Origin: Methanotrichaceae archaeon
GTDB taxonomy: Archaea > Halobacteriota > Methanosarcinia > Methanotrichales > Methanotrichaceae
Reading direction: 5' to 3'
Assembly: GCA_963813075.1 (NCBI GenBank)
Contig: CAWEXU010000016.1
Coordinates: forward strand, 1-64,000
Length of the DNA stretch: 64,000 nt
Positions 1-9,676 of the stretch are shown here, in pieces (position 1 is the first letter of the stretch; the number at the start of each line of letters is the position of its first letter). The position numbers and the translations under genes are program-made. A model generated the notes under the pieces. That model searched no databases. It was not told where the DNA came from and saw nothing but the letters and a program-made list of their open reading frames with translations.

Positions 1-23
1 CTTGCCCTATCTTTATCTATACC

Positions 24-593
24 ATGAGCAAGGAGGTCGTCCTGATCGGCAGGTCCAATGTCGGCAAATCCACCCTATTCTGGGAGCTTACCGGAAAGAA
101 GGTCCGGATAGGCAAGCGTCCCGGTATCACCCAGTACCCGTTCAAGGCCAGGGTAGGGAACATCTTCTATGTTGATATGCCCGGCTACGGCTTTATGTAT
201 AGAACAACAAAAGCCGACCAGGAGAAGACCAAAGACCTGATCGTCCATTATTTTGAAGAGCATGCTGAAGAGATCCTCCTGGCGGTGCAGGTGATCGACG
301 CCGCATCCTTCCTGGATATAGCCGACCGCTGGGAGGGACGGGGTGAGGTGCCGATGGAGGTCGAGCTATGGGAGTTTTTGGGCGATTTGGGCCTGCACCA
401 GGTACTGGCGGCAAACAAGATGGACCGCATCGCCAGGGAGGATAGGGATGGAGCACTGGACCTGATCTGTGAGCGGCTGGGGATGCTCCCCCCCTGGACC
501 CAGTGGCCGGATAGGGTCGCTCCCATCAGCGCCAAACGCGGCCAGGTTGAGCCCCTTCGATCCATCATCTCAAAAAAGGTGTCTGTAGCCTGA
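24..593 (+). CDS. engB: GTP-binding protein EngB (YihA/YsxC family)
   Basis: G1 GRSNVGKST, G2 PGIT, G3 DMPGYG, G4 NKMD, G5 ISAK. Confidence 0.92.
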   Translation: MSKEVVLIGRSNVGKSTLFWELTGKKVRIGKRPGITQYPFKARVGNIFYVDMPGYGFMYRTTKADQEKTKDLIVHYFEEHAEEILLAVQVIDAASFLDIADRWEGRGEVPMEVELWEFLGDLGLHQVLAANKMDRIAREDRDGALDLICERLGMLPPWTQWPDRVAPISAKRGQVEPLRSIISKKVSVA

Positions 594-1520
594 TCAGGGC
601 AGAGGTGCGGGCGATATTCCCCTGGCCTCAAACTCCTTGATCACCGCCTCTCTGATCTCATTGCCCACTGCCTTGGCCACATTTCTCCCCGGAACGGTCA
701 CTTCCAGCCTGAGGATCAGCTCTGCATTCCTGGAGCTGACGAGCTGGACGCTCAATGGCCTGTCCTTTAAAACTTGAGAATGACCGCCCGCCTTCTCCAG
801 AATTATCTCCCTCGCCCGATCTATGTCCGCCGCCTTATCCAGGTCGAAGTCCACCGACCAGGTGATCTCTTTCTCCCTGATCGTCCAGTTAGTGACCGGC
901 TCTGTGCTGATGATGCTGTTGGGAACAATGATCCTGCGGTTGTCTGTGGTGCGAATCACCGTATGCCTCAGGGTCAAATCCTCTATCTGGCCGTATTCAT
1001 TTCTGAAGTCCACCAGATCACCCACCCGGAAGGGCTGGAATATGGCGATGAATATCCCGGAGGTGAAATTGGAGAGGGAGTCCTTGGCCGCATAGCCTAT
1101 GGCCAGGCCGGCAATTCCCGCTCCGGCGAGCATGGCAGCGGCTACGCTATGCAGCTGCGGCACCTGCAGTATGACCAGCATCAGGCCGACCAGATATATG
1201 GTGGCAGAGACGATCCTGCGGATCATGAGCTGCATGGTCTGGTCCATCCTCACCTCCACCCGGTTAACGATTTTGGGGATATGATTTCGCAGCATGCGAT
1301 CCACCAGACCTGCTGCCGCTCTGGTTAGAATTATTATAAGTATTATTACTATTAAAGTCACGAAGATATATATAACATCAATACCCTCAATGGCATCTGC
1401 CAGGAGCCGGAGGGAGGCGAGATCTATATGCCTTCCAGCTATCGAATCCACCTGATACTGTATCTGGTCAGCCATGAGCTGAGGATCTGCCAGACTCATC
1501 GCTCTCGAGAGATCCATCAT
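594..1520 (-). CDS. Small-conductance mechanosensitive channel (MscS family)
   Basis: N-terminal TM helices, AGIAGLAIGYAAKDSLSNFTSG pore helix, PFRVGDLV and IIVPNS motifs. Confidence 0.9.
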   Translation of the reverse strand: MMDLSRAMSLADPQLMADQIQYQVDSIAGRHIDLASLRLLADAIEGIDVIYIFVTLIVIILIIILTRAAAGLVDRMLRNHIPKIVNRVEVRMDQTMQLMIRRIVSATIYLVGLMLVILQVPQLHSVAAAMLAGAGIAGLAIGYAAKDSLSNFTSGIFIAIFQPFRVGDLVDFRNEYGQIEDLTLRHTVIRTTDNRRIIVPNSIISTEPVTNWTIREKEITWSVDFDLDKAADIDRAREIILEKAGGHSQVLKDRPLSVQLVSSRNAELILRLEVTVPGRNVAKAVGNEIREAVIKEFEARGISPAPLP

Positions 1521-1574
1521 TGATGGGATGGAAAATGAATATTTAAAGCTTCTGCAAAAAAATTTTCTATATCT

Positions 1575-2849
1575 TCAGATCCATTTCTTCCGGTGGAAGT
1601 ATGCCAGCATTACCCCCACAACCAGCAGCATCAGCACCAGGACCGCAGGATATCCCCAGGGGTGCTGCAGCTCCGGCATATGGGTGAAATTCATGCCGTA
1701 GAGCCCTGCCAGGAAGGTCAAGGGGATGAATATGGTGGAGATGATGGTCAAAAGCTTGATCACCTCATTGAGCTTATTGCTCAGGCTGGAGAGATAGGTC
1801 TCCAGGAGGGAGGCGGACATATCCCTGAATGTCTCAATGTTTTCGATCACCTGGATGGTGTGGTCGTACACATCTCTCAGGTAGATCCTGGTGGTCTCGG
1901 AGATGAGGTGAGAGTCCATCCTCTGCATGCGGCTTATTGCCTCCCGCAGAGGCCAGACCGATTTTCGCAAAAAGAGCATATCCCGCTTCAGATTGTATAT
2001 GGCGGGAAGGATGCCCGGCTCCGGATTGGAGACCACCGAGTCCTCCAGCTCCTCGAACCTGTCGCCAAGCTTCTCCATGATCACAAAGTAGTGGTCGACG
2101 ATCGAGTCGATCATGGAGTAGGCCATGTAGTCGGCACCCTGCTTTCTGATCCGGCCTTTGGATGTCCTCAGCCTCTCCCTGAGGGGCCGGAACACATCCA
2201 CATCCTTCTCCTTAAACGATATTATAAAATTGTTGCCTACGATTATGCTCACCTGGTCCATGTCGATGCTGAAATCTCCCATCACGTCGTCCCCTTCCTC
2301 CTCGTAGTAGAGCATCTTGAGGACGATGAATATGTAGTCCTCATAATCCTCAACTTTGGGACGCTGGTCGGTGAGGATGTCCTCCAATACCAGGGGATGC
2401 AATCCATAGCATGCACCCAGCTTTTCCAGAGAATACACCTGCCGGGGACAGTCCACGTTGATCCAGGTCATATAAGGCCGGTCCCTGGATATCAGACAAT
2501 CCTCAACCTCATTTGTCTCCGTTTCAAAAAAGTGATTCTCATCATACTCTATCACCGTGAACCTGGGCAGCTCCCGGTTCGGCTGCAATTCCCTAGTCGC
2601 GGACCCATTGGGAACTGGGTCTGAATCCGATTCAGAGGCCGGGATATCCGGCTGGATATCCGGCTCTCTTTCCGATTGCATTGAGGACGATACATAGGGC
2701 GATTCAGAAGGAGATTCAAGAGACGATTCAGGTGCCGATTCAGGTGTCGATTCAGGAGGCGATCCAGCAGGAGAGGGATTGATTGGAGCATCAGCGCGGC
2801 TGCTGGAAGGGCGATCTGGCGAATATTCATCCCTTTTCGGTCCCTGCAA
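1575..2849 (-). CDS. corA: Magnesium/cobalt transporter CorA with low-complexity P/E/S-rich N-terminal extension
   Basis: LHPLVLEDI, QRPKVEDY, LYGMNF (GMN signature), MPEL loop; TTG start 8 nt after AGGAGG. Confidence 0.93.
   Translation of the reverse strand: MQGPKRDEYSPDRPSSSRADAPINPSPAGSPPESTPESAPESSLESPSESPYVSSSMQSEREPDIQPDIPASESDSDPVPNGSATRELQPNRELPRFTVIEYDENHFFETETNEVEDCLISRDRPYMTWINVDCPRQVYSLEKLGACYGLHPLVLEDILTDQRPKVEDYEDYIFIVLKMLYYEEEGDDVMGDFSIDMDQVSIIVGNNFIISFKEKDVDVFRPLRERLRTSKGRIRKQGADYMAYSMIDSIVDHYFVIMEKLGDRFEELEDSVVSNPEPGILPAIYNLKRDMLFLRKSVWPLREAISRMQRMDSHLISETTRIYLRDVYDHTIQVIENIETFRDMSASLLETYLSSLSNKLNEVIKLLTIISTIFIPLTFLAGLYGMNFTHMPELQHPWGYPAVLVLMLLVVGVMLAYFHRKKWI
2701..2765. 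repeat. Imperfect 12-bp tandem repeat (GATTCARRNNNN x5) inside the corA 5' extension
   Basis: gattcagaagga gattcaagagac gattcaggtgcc gattcaggtgtc gattcaggaggc; encodes repeated xPES/xLES. Confidence 0.75.
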
Positions 2850-2936
2850 GCCACTAACCTCCTATTTCCATCCGCTTTATATTGCCCGCTTTCGCTTCAA
2901 TTATCGCTTTTATATTTCTGCCAGGCACCTCTTAAA

Positions 2937-4211
2937 TCATCCTCCCGAGAGAGGATAGATGGCCGTCACCACTAAGAGCACAGTGAGGATGCTCATGATA
3001 ATGGTTGTGCTCCAGGCGATCAGATTGAAGAGCTTTCCGTTGGTGTATTTTCCCATGATCCTCCGGTCATTGATCAGAATGAGAATAAAGAGCAGCACCA
3101 TCGGTAGAAGGGACCCGTTGATCACCTCTGAGAGGACCATTATCGCCAGCAGTGGCGCATCGGGAATCAGTATGAACATGGCACCAAACGCTATCAGCAG
3201 GGTGAAAAGTAGATAGAACTGTGGTGCATCCCCAAACCTCTTGTTCAGACCGGATTCCCAGCCCATCCCCTCACACAGGAAATAAGCAGTCGAAAGGGGC
3301 AGGATGGAGGCGGCAAATAATGAGGCATTGAGAAGCCCGAAGGCGAAGAGCCACGCCGAGTATTCGCCCGCCAGGGGGAAGAGAGCAAGAGCAGCGTCCT
3401 TTGCCGTCTCAATTCTTATTCCGCCCGCAAATATGGTCGCGGCGCAGGTGAATATGATAAAATATGATACGACATCCGTAATCAGACAGCCCACATAGAC
3501 ATCCCATTTGGTGTATTTGTACTCGGAGATCTTGATACCCTTCTCCACAATGGTGGACTGGAGGTAAAACTGCATCCAGGGGGTGATGGTCGTCCCCACG
3601 ATCCCGATCACCATATAAAGATATCCCGACTCCAGGCTCAGGCTGGGGGTGACGGTCTGGGTGAAAAGGAACTTCCAGTCGGGTTTGAGCATCAACCCGG
3701 ATACGATATAGGTGATATAGACCGAGCTGGCGACGAGAAATATCTTCTCTAGGGTGCGCCGGTTGCCCATGACCACCATCGACCAGACCAGGACAGCAGC
3801 CACGGGAACGGATACATACTTGCTCACCCCGAATATCTCCATGCTCGCCGCCACTCCGGCGAACTCGGCAGTGGTGGTGCAGAGGTTAGCGATGATGAAA
3901 CCCAGGAGGAGGACCACCGTCGGCTTAATTCCGAATCGCTCCCGGATGAGATCGGCCAGACCCTTGCCCGTGACCACCCCCATCCGGGCGCACATCTCCT
4001 GCACCACGAACAGGGCGAAGGTTATGGGTATGAGAAGCCACAGGAGTGAGTATCCAAAATGTGCCCCGGCGATGCTGTAGGTGGTGATTCCGCCGGCATC
4101 GTTATCCACGTTGGCGGTGATTATCCCCGGGCCGATGATGGCCAGGAACACGGCCAGCCTGGCCAGAGAGATCTGAGGTACCCTGCCCCTCAGGCCTGAA
4201 CCCAAATTCAT
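2937..4211 (-). CDS. Nramp-family divalent metal transporter, probably the Mg2+-transporting NRMT-like clade
   Basis: GPGIITANVDNDAGG in TM1 (not DPGN), QEMCARMG, TM6 GTTITPW (Met-to-Thr and His-to-Trp relative to MntH MPH); about 11 TM helices. Confidence 0.85.
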   Translation of the reverse strand: MNLGSGLRGRVPQISLARLAVFLAIIGPGIITANVDNDAGGITTYSIAGAHFGYSLLWLLIPITFALFVVQEMCARMGVVTGKGLADLIRERFGIKPTVVLLLGFIIANLCTTTAEFAGVAASMEIFGVSKYVSVPVAAVLVWSMVVMGNRRTLEKIFLVASSVYITYIVSGLMLKPDWKFLFTQTVTPSLSLESGYLYMVIGIVGTTITPWMQFYLQSTIVEKGIKISEYKYTKWDVYVGCLITDVVSYFIIFTCAATIFAGGIRIETAKDAALALFPLAGEYSAWLFAFGLLNASLFAASILPLSTAYFLCEGMGWESGLNKRFGDAPQFYLLFTLLIAFGAMFILIPDAPLLAIMVLSEVINGSLLPMVLLFILILINDRRIMGKYTNGKLFNLIAWSTTIIMSILTVLLVVTAIYPLSGG

Positions 4212-5572
4212 CAGGCCATCCCTCGGACCCGGCGCAGCTTATGGTAGTTCCAGGGCATGCGCTTCCTGAGGTCCTCGGGAATTATCTCGTCTAAAGCATC
4301 GTCGAAGGTCACTATCCCCAGGATCCTACCTTCCTCGTCCACCACGGGAATGCACAGGAAATCGTACTTGGAGAGCAGGTTGGTGACCTCTTCGATGGTC
4401 GACGTGGGAAGGACGCTCAGGATCTCTTTTTTCATGACAATGCTCGCTATATCGTCGGGGTCGGCCAGTATCAGGTCACGTAGAGACAGGACTCCCAAAA
4501 GTCGACCGGAATCGCTCTGGACATAGATGTAATAGATCATGTCCACCTCTTGCCCCGATCTTCTGAGAATGGAGAAGATATCCGATACAGTGCAATTGGA
4601 GGGTACGGCGACGTAATCGGTGGTCATGAGGCTGCCGGCAGAGCTTTCGCTGTAGGCCATAAGCTCTCTGACCTCCTCCGCCTCCTCCTCGTTCATCAGG
4701 TCCAGCACCTCGGAGGCCTTGTTCTCGGGCATGATCCCCAGGAGGTCGGCTGCATCGTCCGGATTCATGTTCTCCAGGATGTCTGCCACGTCGTCGCTAT
4801 CCATCTGATTGACCATGGTGGCCTGCACCTCCGGGTCCACCTCCTCCATCGTCTCCGCCGCGGTCTCTTCTTCCAGGGAGTCGAGGATGAGAAGACGATC
4901 CTTGTTGTTCAGATCCTCCAGGATATCGGCAATATCGGCAGGATGAAGATCATTGATGGTCTTTCTGGAGATCTTGAGGTGAAGGCTCCGCAGGTTGGGG
5001 TCCAGAGGATCGATATAAGACCAGGGAACAATGCGGTTGGGCAATTTCGCCATCAGGCCGCCGGACAGCCCGCCAAACCCCAGCCTCCTTATTATTCCCT
5101 TGAAGCCGACGTCCACCCCCACCAGGCAGAGAGACCTTTTGATCTGGCCGAGGAGTATGTCGTTTACCCTCACCACCTTCAGGCCGTCGATGTCCACGAT
5201 CTGCCGGTCAAGAATGGTCTCGGTAACCAGCAGCTCATCCTCAGAGAGCTTTCCCGGCGGTATCTCGTCTCTGGAGACATCCAGACGAATATCGCCATTG
5301 ATGCTGCTTACGCTGGAGATGGGCAGGATGACCTTCTCTCCCAGGATGTTGGAGGTATAGACGATGCGCGAGATCTCCAGCAGGGTATCGCCAGGCCTGA
5401 GGGTGAGGTCGGCGAGCTTTCCCACCGCATCGCCATCCCGATCGTAGATCCTCATTCCCTGCAGCTGGCTGAAAAAGCTAACCCGGTTGGAGCCGTTTGT
5501 TGCCGCCTCTTTGACCCATAGGGGGCCGGTAGCTGTTATCTTCTCAGCGATGCTCTTGGATGTGCGCCACAT
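4211..5572 (-). CDS. Soluble MgtE-like protein: PRC-barrel-like repeats + MgtE N-domain + CBS pair, no TM domain
   Basis: LHPADIADILEDL, MNPDDAADLL, SAGSLMTTDY, LLGVLSLRDL, IPVVDEEGRILGIVTFDDALD; ends with no hydrophobic segment; stop overlaps the Nramp ATG; GAGGTG RBS. Confidence 0.88.
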   Translation of the reverse strand: MWRTSKSIAEKITATGPLWVKEAATNGSNRVSFFSQLQGMRIYDRDGDAVGKLADLTLRPGDTLLEISRIVYTSNILGEKVILPISSVSSINGDIRLDVSRDEIPPGKLSEDELLVTETILDRQIVDIDGLKVVRVNDILLGQIKRSLCLVGVDVGFKGIIRRLGFGGLSGGLMAKLPNRIVPWSYIDPLDPNLRSLHLKISRKTINDLHPADIADILEDLNNKDRLLILDSLEEETAAETMEEVDPEVQATMVNQMDSDDVADILENMNPDDAADLLGIMPENKASEVLDLMNEEEAEEVRELMAYSESSAGSLMTTDYVAVPSNCTVSDIFSILRRSGQEVDMIYYIYVQSDSGRLLGVLSLRDLILADPDDIASIVMKKEILSVLPTSTIEEVTNLLSKYDFLCIPVVDEEGRILGIVTFDDALDEIIPEDLRKRMPWNYHKLRRVRGMA

Positions 5573-5651
5573 ATCACCTCAATACCTCAACACCACAATC
5601 CTTCAATACCACAATCCCTCGTTTGCCAAATCTCGATGATCTGAGTTTGCC

Positions 5652-6098
5652 CTAGACTGGCGGGCTCTCCTCTTTCACCCGGTCCAGCACCACTATCTCC
5701 AGGAGGTTCTCAATCCCGTCCACTGTCCGGATGCCCTCGTTGATGATGGTCTTCAGCTCCTCCAGGCCCCGAGACCAGACCTTGAGGAAGAGGTCGTACT
5801 CTCCCAATATTCCGTAGACCTCGGTGATCTCCGGTATCGAAACCAGAGCCTGGACCGCTCGATCATGGCTCTCGGAATCGGTCTGGACCAGCATGATGGC
5901 AGTTACGGTATAGCCAGTGGCGGCGGGACTGGCGCTGATGGTGAACCGCTCAATAACCCCCTGGGATTTCATGCGCTTCAGACGAAACTGCACTGTGGCA
6001 TCGGCGATGCCCGACCTTCGCGAGATCTCCTGCAGGCTCATGCGACTGTCCTCTCGAAGGTTAGTGAGAATGGTCCTATCTACTTCATCCAGCTCCAA
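5652..6098 (-). CDS. Lrp/AsnC family transcriptional regulator
   Basis: LDEVDRTIL..L.EDSRMSLQEISRRSGIADATVQFRLKRM HTH; GEYDL in the RAM domain. Confidence 0.9.
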   Translation of the reverse strand: MELDEVDRTILTNLREDSRMSLQEISRRSGIADATVQFRLKRMKSQGVIERFTISASPAATGYTVTAIMLVQTDSESHDRAVQALVSIPEITEVYGILGEYDLFLKVWSRGLEELKTIINEGIRTVDGIENLLEIVVLDRVKEESPPV

Positions 6099-6296
6099 GC
6101 CATCGCCCGCGTCTATCTTGTATTTTATTCAATATTCTCTCTTGATATTGGCAGAAAACCAATATTGCCATATAAAGATTCCTATTTGACCAAGTAGGAT
6201 ATTAACGAATACGTATTTCACTTAAATAATAATTTTAGTAGAGTGAACTAAAATACTGGCTTAAACTTTTAAATTAAAAAGGAATAATAAAATATT

Positions 6297-6936
6297 TTAA
6301 TAACTTGATGACCTTTGCACATCGAAATCCCCTTCCAGTGACATACTGGATTTGATCTTGCTTTTGCCCAATCCACCCTGGGTTGATGAATAATTATGAG
6401 AGCCTTTGACACTGGACTGAGAGCTGCTGCTCACGCCCTCTGGACCGACCGCTGTGCTGCCGGAAATGCTGCCCATTCCGGTAACATATGAGGTCACAGA
6501 ATTTTTGCCATCAGAAGCATTGATTGCTTTTGCTCCAGGTGCAGTGGTGTTGAGGGTCGTCCAGTTCAGTGTCTTTGAGTTTATGATAGAGACGTTCTTG
6601 GCGGTGGAATTGGTGGTATTATTGGAGGATAGATTGATGAGCCTTGGATAGCTGCTGGATTGTCCTATTCGATTGGGCCGGATCTAGCCCGATGCTGAAG
6701 AATGTGCCGTGTTTTTCATTGGCCTGCTCGCCGTTAGATGCGAGACCGCGCTGCAATTGGGCGATTTTATCATCCATACTCAGGGCATCCACATTCAACG
6801 AGCCTTCTATGGGTCTGGCAGACCCGGTTATAGTAAGCCCTTCAGATTCAATGCCGTTCGCCACGAGGAAAAGCGCTGCCGTCCCGACAAATAGTACCAG
6901 TAGTGCCATTGCTGCCTTCATAAATCCCACCTTCAT
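6297..6936 (-). CDS. Secreted Ser/Thr/Asn-rich hypothetical protein, split by a +1 frameshift near 6645
   Basis: Signal peptide MKVGFMKAAMALLVLFVG; the N-part stops at 6619, but the adjacent frame continues RLINLSSNNTTNSTAKNVSII into ORF 6297..6497; many N-x-S/T sequons. Confidence 0.6.
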
Positions 6937-7479
6937 GCTGTAAGCATTATAGACGAGACAATACAATTTAATCTTTCTATGAAGCACAATGAATGACAAC
7001 CGACGGTTTGAGAAATTTCGAGCGCCCGGAGGTTGTTTTATCGGGGATCTAATGAAGGGAGGCAAAAGTCTTGGGAGTAGGAGGGAGAGAAAAGAACTAC
7101 CGACTTTTGCCGATATACTATACGTTGATCGTCTATATAAGCCTTTTCCTCGGCCAATCACGCCGAATCTTCTCATGGTCTCTTGCTAATGGTTTCTCAA
7201 GACATCAATGATATTAATAATCAGATTATTTTAATCATTAGAGGGCAAAATATTAGATATGCCTCTCTTATCATCCCCCGGCAAGAGGGCTGGATCGCGA
7301 TAAATAATTCAGTGGCCCGATATCCAGCATTCATAGGACCGCTTAGATGGTCTGGTTCGAAATGCCTCCATTGACCTGTGCAGACCACATATGCTGAAAA
7401 TAGATAAATATATATGCAAAAAGCTCTTTATGTTAGTGTATCTGAATTCTAGAAAATTTACAGATGGAGGCTAGACATC

Positions 7480-9465
7480 ATGGAAGACCAGAATCAAAAG
7501 AGCGGTCAGAGCCTTTCAGGCAGATCAATAGTTAGCTCTGCCAGGCTCATGAAGAGCATTCCGAAGGAGATGAAATCTCAGTTTGCGGGAATGGTCGATC
7601 TGAAGACCTTCCTGCAGACGCAAGGGGCATTGTCAAAGGCTGATATGCAGCTATTGGTGGATCAAGCGCTTGTCCTGGTAGAGGGATTTTACGTTCATAT
7701 GCCTCTAAAGAAAGCCATGCATGCCATCGATCCGGTTCAACAGCTGCGACTCATGAAGTATCGATTGAGCCAGATGCCTGATGGTCAGGAGATAGAAGAG
7801 CTGCGCTTTCATAGTGATATGCTTAAGATATTCAGCACTCTTCGCGACCTGCATACCAACTATATTCTCCCGAATCCATTCGCCGGCAAAACTGCATTCC
7901 TTCCTTTCCTCATCGAGGAGTACTATGAGGATAAAAAAAGAAAGTATATGGTAACAAATGTGATGAACGGGTTTATCCATCCCACATTCCGGCCAGGGGT
8001 CGAGATAATCTACTGGAATGGCGTGCCTATCGATAAAGCAGTTGAGACCAACGCAGATCGACAATCTGGCAGCAATCCGGAAGCACGACACGCCCGAGGT
8101 CTCGATAGCCTGACGATCCGACCGCTGATGGTTACATTGCCTCCCAATGAGGAATGGGTGGCGATAGGCTATCTCTCCTCAGAGGGCGAAGAGCTTGAGC
8201 TGAGGCAGGACTGGCTTGTGATGCCCAATCAATGGGTTCCATTCGCTTTTGGCGCTGCTTCTCTGACTGATAAGGCATTGGCGCAGGGCAGCGATATCAA
8301 GACCCTGATGATTCAAGAGGCAAAAAGAGACCTGTTTGCACCTGAAGTGGCGGTTGCCAAGATCAGGATCGCAAACAAAGATATCTCTCGGGCGGCACAA
8401 GAAGGCTATCTCGAGACCTCGTTACCGGATATATTCAATGCCCGGGCGGTGGATACGCCATATGGAACTATTGGATATATCAGAATCTGGACATTCTCTA
8501 TCGGAGACGACGACCAGTTCCTCGATGAATTCATTTATCTGCTTAACCAGCTTCCAAAGAACGGCCTGATCATAGATGTTAGAGGTAACGGCGGCGGCCT
8601 GATATATGCAAGTGAACGATTGCTTCAGATTCTCACCCCTAATGAGATCAAGCCCGAGCCAGCCCAGTTCATAATCACTCCATTGACCCTGGAACTTTGC
8701 CGGAGGAACTCGACTCCTTCGGATCTGGTTGATCTATCACCATGGTTAGGCTCAATGGAGCAATCTATTGAAATTGGTTCCGTATTCTCCAAGGGAATGC
8801 CGATTACTCCTGAGGTCCTTTGCAACAATATAGGCCAATTATATACCGGCCCGGTCATACTGATAACGGATGCTCTATGCTACAGTGCGACTGACATCTT
8901 TGCGGCAGGCTTCCAGGATAACAATGTGGGCAAGATTCTTGGCGTGAATGAGAATACCGGCGCGGGAGGTGCAAATGTCTGGGATCATGATCTGCTTTTA
9001 TATCTGATGGGAAGCAGCGGCTCTCCTCTGGAGCCCCTGGAGAATAGGGGTGGAATGCGAGTCTCAATAAGGCGTCTCTTGAGAATAAAGGAGCATGAAG
9101 GCATGCCTTTGGAGGACCTGGGAGTCAAACCGGAGTTCGTCCATAATATGACCCGCTCTGACCTCCTGAAAAATAATGAGGATCTGATTAACCATGCTGC
9201 AAGTATCATCTCCCAGATGCCCGGGTATGAGCTATCAGTCCAGTTGAGCAAAAGAAGCGATGGCGGCTTTGATGTCAGCGCAAAGACAAAGAATATCACA
9301 AGGATGGATGTCTATTTGGAAGATCGTCCACAGCAGAGCCTCAATGTGATATCCGATATCACTGAATTTATCCTGGACAAGCCACCGGCCGATGCCCGTT
9401 TTATGGAGCTTCGCTGCTATAAAGAGGGAAAGATGGTAATAAGGCAAAGATTCGGAATCAAGTAA
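7480..9465 (+). CDS. S41-family (tail-specific/tricorn-core-like) serine peptidase with PDZ-like region
   Basis: LRDLHT, GYIRIWTF, LIIDVRGNGGG, CYSATDIFAAGF (catalytic Ser), GENT-like NENTGAGG, EDLGVKPE; GGAGG RBS; no signal peptide. Confidence 0.85.
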   Translation: MEDQNQKSGQSLSGRSIVSSARLMKSIPKEMKSQFAGMVDLKTFLQTQGALSKADMQLLVDQALVLVEGFYVHMPLKKAMHAIDPVQQLRLMKYRLSQMPDGQEIEELRFHSDMLKIFSTLRDLHTNYILPNPFAGKTAFLPFLIEEYYEDKKRKYMVTNVMNGFIHPTFRPGVEIIYWNGVPIDKAVETNADRQSGSNPEARHARGLDSLTIRPLMVTLPPNEEWVAIGYLSSEGEELELRQDWLVMPNQWVPFAFGAASLTDKALAQGSDIKTLMIQEAKRDLFAPEVAVAKIRIANKDISRAAQEGYLETSLPDIFNARAVDTPYGTIGYIRIWTFSIGDDDQFLDEFIYLLNQLPKNGLIIDVRGNGGGLIYASERLLQILTPNEIKPEPAQFIITPLTLELCRRNSTPSDLVDLSPWLGSMEQSIEIGSVFSKGMPITPEVLCNNIGQLYTGPVILITDALCYSATDIFAAGFQDNNVGKILGVNENTGAGGANVWDHDLLLYLMGSSGSPLEPLENRGGMRVSIRRLLRIKEHEGMPLEDLGVKPEFVHNMTRSDLLKNNEDLINHAASIISQMPGYELSVQLSKRSDGGFDVSAKTKNITRMDVYLEDRPQQSLNVISDITEFILDKPPADARFMELRCYKEGKMVIRQRFGIK

Positions 9466-9594
9466 CCTGGCCCAATCCTGCCGGTCAAATTGTGGCGCTG
9501 AACCCCGCTGCAAGAAGCAGGGCATAAAAAGAGCCTCAATTTGACTTGCCTTTCCCAGGCATATGATTGGCTGTGATATGATAAGCGGTTATAT

Positions 9595-9659
9595 GAGAGG
9601 CTGTGCTATCAGATGGTCTTGCGAACAATTGCACCCACCTGATCGCAGCCACTCTTTTT
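9595..9659. other. Long imperfect hairpin followed by a T-tract, between convergent genes
   Basis: GAG/CTC, GGCTGTG/CGCAGCC, ATCAG/CTGAT, TGG/CCA and TGC/GCA arms nested in order, then TTTTT. Confidence 0.55.
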
Positions 9660-9676
9660 GCCGGTTTAACGCCGGC

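Noticed and set aside
2552..2854. Alternative-frame ORF with LNRH repeats overlapping the corA start
   Set aside because: Explained by the 12-bp repeat read in another frame; the corA frame is continuous
9459..9594. Integron attC site after the S41 gene (TAAC...GTTA about 130 bp apart)
   Set aside because: Ends do not fit RYYYAAC/GTTRRRY complementarity; no integrase or second cassette is visible
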